In this document: positions 16,822 through 25,996 of the stretch, piece after piece | Numbering within the stretch: the stretch's first letter is position 1 | Layout of the letters: each line of letters starts with the position of its first letter | Assembly: GCA_041488275.1 (NCBI GenBank) | Contig: JBGPOY010000002.1 | Location: 80,872 to 144,871 of the forward strand | Origin: Candidatus Nanoarchaeia archaeon | GTDB lineage: Archaea > Nanobdellota > Nanobdellia > Woesearchaeales > ARS49 | Direction of reading: 5' to 3' | DNA length: 64,000 bases | The notes under the pieces: generated by a model | Seen by the model: only the letters and a program-made list of their open reading frames with translations | What the model was told of the DNA's origin: nothing | Database searches by the model: none | Program-made: the position numbers and the translations under genes

Positions 16822-17597
16822 TGTCCGAACAAAAGGAACACATGCTCAAGTACTTGAGCAAAGGCATCCGGTACGACGGCAGAAAACCGCTGGACTACCG
16901 CGACGTGCACGTCGAGTACGGCGTCACGCACTCCGCCGAAGGTTCGGCAATTGTCCGCATTGGCGGAACCGAAGTCATGGCGGGCGTCAAGATATCCATC
17001 GAAAAGCCGTATCCGGACACTCCGGACAAAGGCAACCTCATGGTCAACGCCGAGCTCCGTCCGATGGCGAGCCCGAAGTTCGAAAGCGGTCCTCCTCAGG
17101 ACCAAGGCATCGAGCTCGCGCGCGTCATCGACCGCGGCATCAGAGAAAGCGAAGCCATTAACGTCCACGACCTGGTCATCAAGAAAGGAGAATTAGTGTG
17201 GAGCGTCGCCATCGACATCGTCGCCTTCAATGACGAAGGCAACCTGTTCGACGCCGCCGGACTTGCTGCGTTGGCAGCGCTGAAGGACGCGAAAATGCCG
17301 GGCAAGACCGAATTCAACAAGGCGGACTACGACAACCGTACCGAAGAAAAGCTTCCGCTGAAGCACTCGCCCGTGCCGATTACCGTCTTCAAGATGGGCA
17401 ACACCATCTTCGTGGACCCGATTTCCGAAGAGGAAGACGTCTACGACGCGCGCCTGACGGTCGCGTGCCGCGAAGACAGCACGCTCTGTGCGCTGCAAAA
17501 GGGCGGCGACGGAGCCTTGACGATTGAGGAAATCGACGAAATGGTCGGTATCGCGCTGGAGAAGTCCAAGATGCTCCGCGCAAAGCTGGGGAGGTAA
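16818..17597 (+). CDS. rrp42: Exosome complex component Rrp42
   Basis: IRYDGRKPLDYR, AEGSAIVRIGGT, FESGPP, ELARVIDRGIRES and DEGNLFDAAGLAA. Confidence 0.96.
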   Translation: MMSEQKEHMLKYLSKGIRYDGRKPLDYRDVHVEYGVTHSAEGSAIVRIGGTEVMAGVKISIEKPYPDTPDKGNLMVNAELRPMASPKFESGPPQDQGIELARVIDRGIRESEAINVHDLVIKKGELVWSVAIDIVAFNDEGNLFDAAGLAALAALKDAKMPGKTEFNKADYDNRTEEKLPLKHSPVPITVFKMGNTIFVDPISEEEDVYDARLTVACREDSTLCALQKGGDGALTIEEIDEMVGIALEKSKMLRAKLGR

Positions 17598-17599
17598 TT

Positions 17600-17836
17600 G
17601 TGGAAAAACACACAAAGTACGAAATCGCACGCATGCTCGGCGCGCGCGCACTGCAAATCGCGATGGGCGCGCCGTTCCTCGTCAAGCTGAGCGAGGAAGA
17701 CCTCGAAAAGATCGGGTACAACCCCATCCGCATCGCGCAGAAGGAATTGGAAGCAGGCGTCCTGCCCATCTCCATCAAGCGCCCGATGCCGAAGGTCCGC
17801 CACGTCGAAGTCAAGGAAGAAGCCAAAGCAGCATAA
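17600..17836 (+). CDS. rpo6: DNA-directed RNA polymerase subunit K (Rpo6)
   Basis: TKYEIARMLGARALQIAMGAP...PIRIAQKEL..GVLPISIKR. Confidence 0.96.
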   Translation: MEKHTKYEIARMLGARALQIAMGAPFLVKLSEEDLEKIGYNPIRIAQKELEAGVLPISIKRPMPKVRHVEVKEEAKAA

Positions 17837-17847
17837 TCTTATTTTTT

Positions 17848-18138
17848 ATGACCGACATCGTTACGAAGGAACGCCTGGAACGGTATTTCGACGTGACCGG
17901 TCGCGCGCTGAAGAAAGTCAAGATTGCCAAGGAAGTCAAGATTCACTGGAAAAAATCAGCCGCGGATTTTCTCGACATGGCGCAGCGTTACTACGACGAC
18001 GCCAAGCACTTCAAGGAAATGGGGCAGATTGTCACGGCATTCGCAGCGTTGAACTACGCCCACGGTTGGCTCGACGCCGGCGCGCGATTAGGATTATTCG
18101 ATGTCGGGCACGATTCTGAACTGTTCACGGTGGATTAA
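17848..18138 (+). CDS. DUF357 domain protein
   Basis: FLDMAQRYYDDAKHF...AFAALNYAHGWLDAGARLG. Confidence 0.9.
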   Translation: MTDIVTKERLERYFDVTGRALKKVKIAKEVKIHWKKSAADFLDMAQRYYDDAKHFKEMGQIVTAFAALNYAHGWLDAGARLGLFDVGHDSELFTVD

Positions 18139-18753
18139 ATGAGCGCAATGCTCCACATCATCCACCCGTATACGTACAAGATGAGCGGCGACAAGCTCAT
18201 CGTCGGCGACACGCCCTCAACAAAGGAACGCGACCAAGCGCTCGTTCAGTTTCTCCGTCCCGCGCTCGGTAACGTCCGTGTCATCAAGCACAACGACGTC
18301 TCGCAGATGGGCGTGATGGACTGCATCCGCGACGTGATGTTCGAGCAGGACAAGTATCTCAAGATTCTGATGGACAAGCGCATCGAAACCATCGGCACGA
18401 CGTGCTACGGCACGCCGATTCCCGACGTTCGACCGGAGCAGATTTCCGCCAAGGACTGGAAAACGTGGCAAAAGTTTCACGTCTCCCACACCGCGCTCGA
18501 GAAAATGGTCGGCTGGGGCGAGTACCATGTTGTCATCGGCGGCATGTTCGAGAACTGCGTCGCCACGAGCATCAGCTATTTCATCAAGCACTATGGCATG
18601 GCCGGCAAAATCGCGTGCGTGAAGGACTTGTGCGTCATCAACAAGCCCGAATCCGCCAAAGTCGTTGAAGAGATTCTCGTGAACAACGGCGTCAGGATGG
18701 CGACGCCGAAAGAAGGGCTTGAAGAGCTGCTCGGCACGCCTCGCAAGGTTTAA
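18139..18753 (+). CDS. Hypothetical protein, possible cysteine-hydrolase (isochorismatase-like) fold
   Basis: VVIGGMFENCVATS...ACVKDLC resembles the lvv.G..t..CV..T...v..DA signature of the isochorismatase family. Confidence 0.5.
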   Translation: MSAMLHIIHPYTYKMSGDKLIVGDTPSTKERDQALVQFLRPALGNVRVIKHNDVSQMGVMDCIRDVMFEQDKYLKILMDKRIETIGTTCYGTPIPDVRPEQISAKDWKTWQKFHVSHTALEKMVGWGEYHVVIGGMFENCVATSISYFIKHYGMAGKIACVKDLCVINKPESAKVVEEILVNNGVRMATPKEGLEELLGTPRKV

Positions 18754-18780
18754 ATAACGCGCAACTACCTTCTCAACCAG

Positions 18781-19329
18781 ATGGACCCGCGAATAAAAGA
18801 GGACATACTCGCAGTACTCACGAAGACTTCTGAGACGCTCAAGTCGGGCAACTTCATGGCGTTGGAGGAACTGTCCAACCACACGATTCACAACGCGTCC
18901 ATCTACCAGGACGAGGACTCCATCTCCACGGCGATTCTCGTGTACGCGCTCGCCAAGCTGGTGCAGCGCTGCACCGTGCAGGCGTGCCCTGCGCCGAACG
19001 TCGGCGGCGCCTTGGAAAAAGCAGTGGACGCCTTGCATCGCGACAAGGACAACCTTGTTCACGCGGCGTTCGCGGAAGCGTTCGACATCATCAGCAAGCA
19101 GGACGAACACCTGAAAATGTACGTCGAGGAAGTCCTGAACAAAGCACGAGTCAAGAAAGGCAGCAAACTCTACGAGCACGGCATCAGCGTCGGCAGAATC
19201 GCGGACATGCTCGGCATCACGCAGTGGGAATTGTACAACTACATCGGCAACACGATGATCGGTGAAACGGAAGAAATCCAGCTGAGCGCCACGAAACGCC
19301 TCGCGTTCGCAAGGAGTTTGTTTCCGTGA
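18781..19329 (+). CDS. Hypothetical protein with C-terminal HTH
   Basis: KLYEHGISVGRIADMLGITQWELYNYIG fits a helix-turn-helix pattern. GTGA-coupled to the PIN gene. Confidence 0.7.
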   Translation: MDPRIKEDILAVLTKTSETLKSGNFMALEELSNHTIHNASIYQDEDSISTAILVYALAKLVQRCTVQACPAPNVGGALEKAVDALHRDKDNLVHAAFAEAFDIISKQDEHLKMYVEEVLNKARVKKGSKLYEHGISVGRIADMLGITQWELYNYIGNTMIGETEEIQLSATKRLAFARSLFP

Positions 19330-20018
19330 AGCGCCTCTTTTTTGACACGGGTCCCTTAATCAGTCTTACCTCGAACAACCTCCTCCACTTGATTCCCAAG
19401 CTCAAAACGGTCTATGGCGGCGAGTTCGCCATCGTTCCGACGGTCCAGAAAGAACTCATCCAGAAGCCGTTGGAAACGAAGAAGTACAAGTTCGAGGCGC
19501 TCCAAGTGCAGCGCATCATCCAAGATGGAGTTCTCACCATCGTGAACGCGCCCAACGTCGCCCAGCGCGCCCAGCAATTGCTCGACACGGGCAACCGCAT
19601 CTTCCGCGTTCGGAGACAACCGTTGAGAATCGTCCAATTAGGAGAAATGGAAACACTAGCAGCAGCCACGCTTCTCGGCGCAGACGCGATGGTCATCGAC
19701 GAGCGCATCACGCGCACGCTCATCGAAGCGCCGCACGCGCTGCGCGACCTCTACGAAAAACGTTTGCACGAAAAGGTCGAGATGGACGCCAACGCCGTCA
19801 AACAATTCGAAGAGCTCGTGAAAGGCATCAAAATCATCCGTTCCGTAGAATTAGTCACCATCGCGTTCGAGAAAGGACTCCTCGACCAGTTCATCGTCCA
19901 AGTTCCCAACGCAAGAAAGGCATTGCTGGAAAGCCTGCTCTGGGGTGTCAAGCTGCACGGCGCAGCAGTAAGCGAAGACGAAATCAACGAACTGCTGAAA
20001 CTTGAACTCAAAAAATAA
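19326..20018 (+). CDS. PIN-domain (VapC-like) nuclease
   Basis: LFFDTGPLI (beta1 Asp), VQKEL, QLGEMETL and MVIDER give the PIN acidic residue pattern. Confidence 0.75.
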   Translation: MKRLFFDTGPLISLTSNNLLHLIPKLKTVYGGEFAIVPTVQKELIQKPLETKKYKFEALQVQRIIQDGVLTIVNAPNVAQRAQQLLDTGNRIFRVRRQPLRIVQLGEMETLAAATLLGADAMVIDERITRTLIEAPHALRDLYEKRLHEKVEMDANAVKQFEELVKGIKIIRSVELVTIAFEKGLLDQFIVQVPNARKALLESLLWGVKLHGAAVSEDEINELLKLELKK

Positions 20019-20402
20019 TTATTTCTTCAGCTTCGCGCCGAGCCACGTGCACGCGGGCGTCAGAATTGCGAGCGAAATCGGATACCAGAGCGGTCCCAAG
20101 TTTCTTCCGAAGTACGCGCCAATCAAACTGACGACAAATCCGAACCAGCCCAGAATCATGGCGTGCCGCATCGGGTGGTCGGGAGCAAGCCGTGCCGCGA
20201 GATAGCCTCCCAGAACCGTATAGACGCACCGGTAGAACAGCGCGAGCACCAGCAACGACGTGATGAACAAGCCGTGCGCCATCTGGTCAGCGTAGCTGGG
20301 AAGCACGCCCGTCAATTCAAGAATAAAGTCAGTTCCGATAGACAATGCCGCGCCGACGATCAGTCCGGAAATCAACGCAATCGCGCTTTTGAGCAGTTTC
20401 AT
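20019..20402 (-). CDS. Hypothetical 4-TM membrane protein
   Basis: Four hydrophobic segments, including GGYLAARLAP..PMRHAMILG and GPLWYPI. Confidence 0.7.
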   Translation of the reverse strand: MKLLKSAIALISGLIVGAALSIGTDFILELTGVLPSYADQMAHGLFITSLLVLALFYRCVYTVLGGYLAARLAPDHPMRHAMILGWFGFVVSLIGAYFGRNLGPLWYPISLAILTPACTWLGAKLKK

Positions 20403-20406
20403 TGGT

Positions 20407-21261
20407 TTACCCCTTCGCCACTATCGTGTAGAACGCGTCGAACAGCGGCGTATCAGTAGAAAGCGAATAGAACTTGGCGTTCGTCTCCAAACACGCGTGC
20501 TTGACCATCGCGTTGTGGACTTCGAGCATGTTCAGATACTTCTTCTTCAAGTACGGACTAATGTACGTGCGTAAAATGCCGCCGCTCTCGCTGTCTTTTA
20601 GCTTCACTTCGCCCTCGACGTCCAATTCCTTCTCGGTCTTATCCAACACTTGAATCAAGCGAACGTCGTGGTTCTTGAAGCGCAAAAGAACGCTCTTAAT
20701 CTCGTTCACGTCGTACAGAAAGTCAGAAACGATGATGACGAGCGACCGCGAGCCAATCATTTTCTTATAACGCCCCAATGACTCTTCAAAATTAGTAACG
20801 CCTTTGGCGTGCTTCGCGTTCAGGTAATCAACGATGCCTGCCAGCTGTTTGCGCCCCTTGCGCGGCTTGAACAGTTCCAGTTTTTCTGCGAACGTGCTCA
20901 TCACGAAGCGCTCATTGTTCTTCATCGCCAAGTACGCGAACCCGATGCCGAGCATTGCGGCGTAGTCAGACTTCTTCACGGGGCTGCCGAAATTCATGGA
21001 AGCGGAAAAATCGGCGATGATGTGCACGGTCAGGTTGCGCTCTTCTTCGTGCTTCTTAATCACCAGTCGATCGGTGCGAGCGTAGACCTTCCAGTCAATC
21101 ATGCGGTAGTCTTCGCCCGGCGCGTAGGAAGAATAGTCCTGAAACACGAGCCCCTTGCCCAAGAACGCCGTCCTTCTCTCCCCAATATAGTTCGACGTGA
21201 GGTGCTTGTTGACAATCAGAGAAAAGCGGTCCAGGATTTTCAGGAAGCTGAGGTCAATCAT
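20407..21261 (-). CDS. DUF58 family protein (vWA-like, MoxR-associated)
   Basis: GKGLVFQDYSSYAPGEDYRMIDWKVYART..IKKHEEE, ADFSASM and IVSDFL. Confidence 0.93.
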   Translation of the reverse strand: MIDLSFLKILDRFSLIVNKHLTSNYIGERRTAFLGKGLVFQDYSSYAPGEDYRMIDWKVYARTDRLVIKKHEEERNLTVHIIADFSASMNFGSPVKKSDYAAMLGIGFAYLAMKNNERFVMSTFAEKLELFKPRKGRKQLAGIVDYLNAKHAKGVTNFEESLGRYKKMIGSRSLVIIVSDFLYDVNEIKSVLLRFKNHDVRLIQVLDKTEKELDVEGEVKLKDSESGGILRTYISPYLKKKYLNMLEVHNAMVKHACLETNAKFYSLSTDTPLFDAFYTIVAKG

Positions 21262-22196
21262 TTCAGCAATTGCTTGACGACGTCGTCCTCGGTGAGTCCC
21301 TGCCGTTCGGCTTCGAAGTTCAAGACAAGGCGGTGCCGCAAAACAGGAGCCGCAAGCGCCGTAATGTCGTCCTTGCTGACGAACTTTCGGCCTTCCAGCA
21401 ACGCTCGCGCTTTCGACGCGAGAATCAGGCCGATAGAAGCACGGGGCGACGCCCCATACTCAATAAGGTCCTTCTTTGCGCGCGTCGAGGTCACAATCTT
21501 CACTGCGTACTGCTTCAGGTCGTTCGCAATCGGCATTTGCCGCGTCAACTGCTGCAAATACAACAGGGTTTCCTTGTTCAGGATGGGCTTCAGTATCGGT
21601 TTTTTGATAATCTCGGTAAACCTGTCCACAATCTCGATTTCTTCGTCAAACGTCGGGTATTGCGCTTTCACCTTCAACAAGAATCGGTCGCTTTGCGCTT
21701 CGGGAAGAGGATACGTTCCTTCCTGTTCAATCGGGTTCTGCGTCGCAATCACGAAGAACGGTTCGTCGAGCTTGAACGTGTTGTTTCCGACCGTCACTTG
21801 CTTTTCCTGCATGGCTTCGAGCAATGCAGACTGCGTTTTCGGAGTCGCTCGGTTGATTTCGTCCGCAAGAACAACATTCGCAAAGACCGGACCGGGCTGG
21901 AACTTGAACGTGCGCTTGCCTGCCGTGCTTTCCTCAATGATGTAAGTACCAGTAATGTCGGAAGGCAGCAAGTCAGGCGTGCTTTGGATGCGGGAGAACT
22001 TCAAGTCAATCAGTTGCGCGAGCGTCTTGACGGACAGCGTCTTTGCCAGTCCCGGATAGCCCTCAAGCAGTACATGCGAGTCGCAGAACAGCCCGATGAC
22101 CATCTGGTGCAGCATTTCCTTCTGCCCCACGATGACTTTATCGATCTCGCTGAAGAGGTATTCGAACGTCTTTTTGACTTCCTCAACGCTTTTCAT
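21258..22196 (-). CDS. moxR: MoxR family AAA+ ATPase
   Basis: LLEGYPGLAKT, RIQSTPDLLPSDITG, LADEINRATPKTQSALLEAMQE and ATQNPIEQEGTYPLPEAQSDRF. Confidence 0.97.
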   Translation of the reverse strand: MKSVEEVKKTFEYLFSEIDKVIVGQKEMLHQMVIGLFCDSHVLLEGYPGLAKTLSVKTLAQLIDLKFSRIQSTPDLLPSDITGTYIIEESTAGKRTFKFQPGPVFANVVLADEINRATPKTQSALLEAMQEKQVTVGNNTFKLDEPFFVIATQNPIEQEGTYPLPEAQSDRFLLKVKAQYPTFDEEIEIVDRFTEIIKKPILKPILNKETLLYLQQLTRQMPIANDLKQYAVKIVTSTRAKKDLIEYGASPRASIGLILASKARALLEGRKFVSKDDITALAAPVLRHRLVLNFEAERQGLTEDDVVKQLLK

Positions 22197-22248
22197 AATT
22201 CACCTTTTTCGTTCCTGTTGATTCCGTTGTTTGATTTATAAACTTTGC

Positions 22249-23079
22249 CTACTTGGGGATGTTCTTGAAGTAGTTCCTGACAATGCCTTGGTATTCCTTG
22301 GGAATGTCTTCGCTGAAGGTCTTGTCCGAGCTCGCCTGAATGTCCGTAGCCGTAGGCTGGTCCGTGAATTTCTTGGAATCGGGAGGGCGAACATCGCCAA
22401 TCTTGACGCCCGAGGCTTCAGGATTAATCTCCAAGTTCAATTCGTCCGTGCCGAGCTCCACAACCGACGAATTCCCATAGAGCGACGATTCGTCAATCAA
22501 AGTAACTTCCTTCAGCAGTTTTGCCCTGCTGTCTTCCTGTTTCGACAGCTTGCCGAAGAGCGTTTGGTTGTTGTGCGCCCCAAACAGCCCGCCGGAAATA
22601 CCGGACAAACCGGCGCCGTTCAACAACGCGGTGCCGTCGATAAACTTGATGTTCAACGCAGAAACGGAGATAATCGCAAAACACAATAACGCAATCACGA
22701 CGAGCTGTCGGGTCACTTTGCCGAACCCGATAAACGCGCTCGTCTGGATGAGCTGCATCTTGCCCAAGACTTCCGTATGCAGCGCGCGCACGACTTCGTT
22801 CTCGGTCTCGACGCTGTCCGCTGCTGTTCGCAAAGCCTCGCGCAATTGCGGCACACGGTTCTCGACGTCCGCGTACCCCAACGCTTTGAGCACTTTGCGC
22901 CCGTGGAAGACGAAATAGATGAAGAACGGAATCAGCGCCCACGTCCAGGAAAGCCCGAGCAGCAGCGCGGCAAGGAGGCTGAACAGCAGGATAATCATGC
23001 TGTCCACGAGGCTGTTGAACAGCCCGATGCTGAACAGCGTGCTCCGCAGTTCCAGCAATGCCTTGCCGATGGGCTTCAT
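22249..23079 (-). CDS. Membrane protein of the MoxR operon (3 TM and acidic C-terminal region)
   Basis: Two N-terminal TM, VENRVPQLREALRTAAD, a third TM, and C-terminal IPKEYQGIVRNYF. Confidence 0.7.
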   Translation of the reverse strand: MKPIGKALLELRSTLFSIGLFNSLVDSMIILLFSLLAALLLGLSWTWALIPFFIYFVFHGRKVLKALGYADVENRVPQLREALRTAADSVETENEVVRALHTEVLGKMQLIQTSAFIGFGKVTRQLVVIALLCFAIISVSALNIKFIDGTALLNGAGLSGISGGLFGAHNNQTLFGKLSKQEDSRAKLLKEVTLIDESSLYGNSSVVELGTDELNLEINPEASGVKIGDVRPPDSKKFTDQPTATDIQASSDKTFSEDIPKEYQGIVRNYFKNIPK

Positions 23080-23585
23080 CAGCAGTTGCCCTCCGAACCG
23101 TCATCCGTGTTCTGCAGACAGGAAATGCGGTCTTTGTAGACGATGATGTCGCCGCGCAGCTTGGAGTTGTCGCTGCCCAAGGAAGCAACCTGCGAGTTCA
23201 ATGAAGAAACTTGGTTGCTCAACGACGTAATCTGCGAGTTCTTGGATGCCAATTGTCCGGTAGCGTCCGTCAATTGCGCGTTCAAGTCCGTCTTTTCCTT
23301 GGCAAGCGCGTCGCTCGTCGCCTTTGCCTCGGTGTACTTTTCGGTGAACTGGTCTTCGCGGTTTTGCTTGAGGTCCAGCTCAATCTGGGCCTTTTGCAGG
23401 ACATCCTGATAGTTCTTGGCCTGCACCGTGAGGTTGTTCAGCTCGGCGAGCTTGTCGTTGTACTGCTTGTTGATGTTGGTGAAGCGGTCCTGGAAGTAGA
23501 TGGTCGCGCCGACAAGCGACGACGCAATCAAAAAAATCAACAACAGCAAAAGCAAGTTCGCGTTTCGTGTTATGTAGCTTGTCAT
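23079..23585 (-). CDS. Single-TM coiled-coil protein of the MoxR operon
   Basis: N-terminal TM followed by about 120 aa of heptad repeats. Ends in a Cys-x9-Cys motif. Confidence 0.7.
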   Translation of the reverse strand: MTSYITRNANLLLLLLIFLIASSLVGATIYFQDRFTNINKQYNDKLAELNNLTVQAKNYQDVLQKAQIELDLKQNREDQFTEKYTEAKATSDALAKEKTDLNAQLTDATGQLASKNSQITSLSNQVSSLNSQVASLGSDNSKLRGDIIVYKDRISCLQNTDDGSEGNC

Positions 23586-25996
23586 CGTCGCATCATCCTC
23601 CTCAACAAAATTTCAATCAGGAACAGGCCTGACGCCAGGAGCGCGAGCTCCCAGCGGAAGTAGTCTTTCGCGGTAATCGTCTTGGTTGCGTGGTTCTTGG
23701 CGAACGCGACCATGCTGGCAGTATCGTCTGCCTCGAAGCGCGTGCCGCCGGTCTGCCCGATCAATTGGTCGAGCTCCTTGCTCGGACCGAGAGGCGCGAG
23801 CTCGGCGGGATAGTTGGCGGCGTACGTCGCGCCGAGAATCTGGTGGAACCCCACTGCGTCAGGAGTGACGCTTGCCTGATACGTGTCGGGCTTGATTTTG
23901 AAGAACTCCAGCCCTTGCGCCGTCGGCTGCGTTGCCGTTTTGAGCGTCAGCTGCGTCGCTTCCTTAACGTGCGTGTCCTTGACGTCCACAAGGTCGTTGC
24001 TCTTTCGGTCAGGGTCGCCGTTGGCCCAGTTAATCGAGCGCACCAGGAGCTTGCTGTTGCCGGCGCCCAGTAACTCGCCAGCCCACGACGTGCCGTCATC
24101 GGTCGCGTACGCGACGACGCGTCCCAATCCCATATGCCAGACCGTCACGAGCGGCTCGCCGGTGCTGGTGACGACGAGCATGCGTCCGGTCGTCTTCGGC
24201 GCGACCGAGTTGTAACCGTGAATCGTGGCGCTGATATTCAGTCCGTCTGTGATGAAGTGGTTGCTGTCGAGCACGTCAACGCCCCATTCGTTCGGCTGCG
24301 GCGTGTTCTCGGGTTTTTTCACGTTGCCAAACAGCAGGTTTAATCGGCTCGTCTGTGACGCGCGGAAGTAAATGCCGCCGCCGAGCGCGGCAAGACTCGA
24401 GAGGACGCCTTCATCCATGCGGTTTTCGATGAACGCTTCGTCGCCGACCACGGCTCCGACGGTGTAGACCTTGATGCCGCTCTTGCGCGCGAGCAGGACC
24501 GCATCGCGCGCGGCTGCCTGGTCGTTCGGGAACAGCAGACCGTCGCTAATCATGACGATGTTCTTGCTGCCCGGCACGCCCTTGAGCATGTCGGTCGCCA
24601 TCTGCAGTCCGAGATGCATCTTGCTGCTGCCCGCGCCGTACACGGTCGCAATCGTGTGGTCGAGCCCCGCTTGCTCGTACTTGTAGCCGAGCGGCGCGAT
24701 GAGGTATGCCTTGTTGCGGAACGCGGCGACGCCGACCTTCACGTTCGAGCTCATCTGGTCCAAGACGCTGACCGCGATTTGCCGCGCGATGGCGATGCCG
24801 CCGCCTTCGTCTGCCGCCGTGCTTGCCGACGCGTCCATCAGGATGACGATGTTCACGTCGCCGGGCTCGCGTCCGGGCTCTCCTACAACAACCGGGAGAA
24901 GACTTTCAAACATGGAATTCTGGTACGCGCCGCGGTCGTAGGAAGAAGCGCCGCCGACGACAAACATCCCGTTGCCGTCCTGAATGTAGTCGCTGAGCCG
25001 CGTGACATCGTCGTCAGAAATTTGCGCGCCGTACACGCCGTTGACGACCACGGAATAGTAGGGCGACAAGTCGGTGGTGAGCGTGCCGCCGCGCGTGACG
25101 TCGTAAATCTGGCGCAGGAGCGTTTCAATCGGCGTGTCAGGCGCCTGGCTCCAAAGGAAGACCTTGGGTTTCGGGACGACCTTGACAGTCTTGTAGTAGA
25201 CATTGTTCTCCGCGAACTTGTCCTGCGCGTCGATGCGCGCCTCAATCTGGTGATAGCCTTCGGAGAACTGCTTGGTGATGGTGCGCGTGCGCTCGCCGTC
25301 GTTGGTATCGAGCGCGAGCTTTCCGTCGATAGTAACGGTCAAGTGGACGGAGTTGCCGCTCTGCGACGCCCAGCCCGTGCTGATTTGGAACGTGTTGTCG
25401 ACATTCGCGACCGTCTTGTCCGCGCCCTCGACCGAAACCCACGCGTCGTCCGTCGTGGGGTGCAGGTTGATGGCGTTGAACGTGATGTTGTGGTTCGCGG
25501 CAAACAACGCGACGTCGCCGAGCCCCGCGCCGTTCGTCGCCTGCCCGTCGGTGATGAGGATGACGCTGTCGCCGTCCTTGACCGTGTTGAGGATGCCGTC
25601 GCCGAGAGGACTCGTGTCGCCGCTCGCGATGCTGTGGATTTCGACGTTCACCGCCTGTTCGAGCTTGGCTTTCAGATTCTCAGCGAGCTTTTCCGGATAC
25701 AGCGTCATCGACGTCGACGTGTCGTAGAGAATCTTCAACTCAGGGTCGCCGGTGACGGTCTTGGAATGCTCGACGTACGGTGACGCGAGCGCAAGCACGA
25801 GCGCGCAGATAATCAGGATTCTCGTAAAGAGCATCACCCATTGCTGGCGTCTGCGCATGCGCTTCGTGAGTTGGTCTTCCGCGAGCCGGACAAAGTCCCT
25901 GCGCAGAATGAAGAACATGATGACAATCAAAATCGGCGCGAGCCAGAGCAGCTGCGGGTGTTCCAGATGAGAAAGCAGCGCGAGCCAGTCGGTCAT
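23582..25996 (-). CDS. Large vWA-domain membrane protein with GATase1-like region
   Basis: N-terminal BatA-like TM hairpin, YDTSTSM/ITDG and MDASAST/ISDG MIDAS-like motifs, GLGRVVAYATDDG..WAG, and a C-terminal TM. Confidence 0.85.
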   Translation of the reverse strand: MTDWLALLSHLEHPQLLWLAPILIVIMFFILRRDFVRLAEDQLTKRMRRRQQWVMLFTRILIICALVLALASPYVEHSKTVTGDPELKILYDTSTSMTLYPEKLAENLKAKLEQAVNVEIHSIASGDTSPLGDGILNTVKDGDSVILITDGQATNGAGLGDVALFAANHNITFNAINLHPTTDDAWVSVEGADKTVANVDNTFQISTGWASQSGNSVHLTVTIDGKLALDTNDGERTRTITKQFSEGYHQIEARIDAQDKFAENNVYYKTVKVVPKPKVFLWSQAPDTPIETLLRQIYDVTRGGTLTTDLSPYYSVVVNGVYGAQISDDDVTRLSDYIQDGNGMFVVGGASSYDRGAYQNSMFESLLPVVVGEPGREPGDVNIVILMDASASTAADEGGGIAIARQIAVSVLDQMSSNVKVGVAAFRNKAYLIAPLGYKYEQAGLDHTIATVYGAGSSKMHLGLQMATDMLKGVPGSKNIVMISDGLLFPNDQAAARDAVLLARKSGIKVYTVGAVVGDEAFIENRMDEGVLSSLAALGGGIYFRASQTSRLNLLFGNVKKPENTPQPNEWGVDVLDSNHFITDGLNISATIHGYNSVAPKTTGRMLVVTSTGEPLVTVWHMGLGRVVAYATDDGTSWAGELLGAGNSKLLVRSINWANGDPDRKSNDLVDVKDTHVKEATQLTLKTATQPTAQGLEFFKIKPDTYQASVTPDAVGFHQILGATYAANYPAELAPLGPSKELDQLIGQTGGTRFEADDTASMVAFAKNHATKTITAKDYFRWELALLASGLFLIEILLRRMMRR

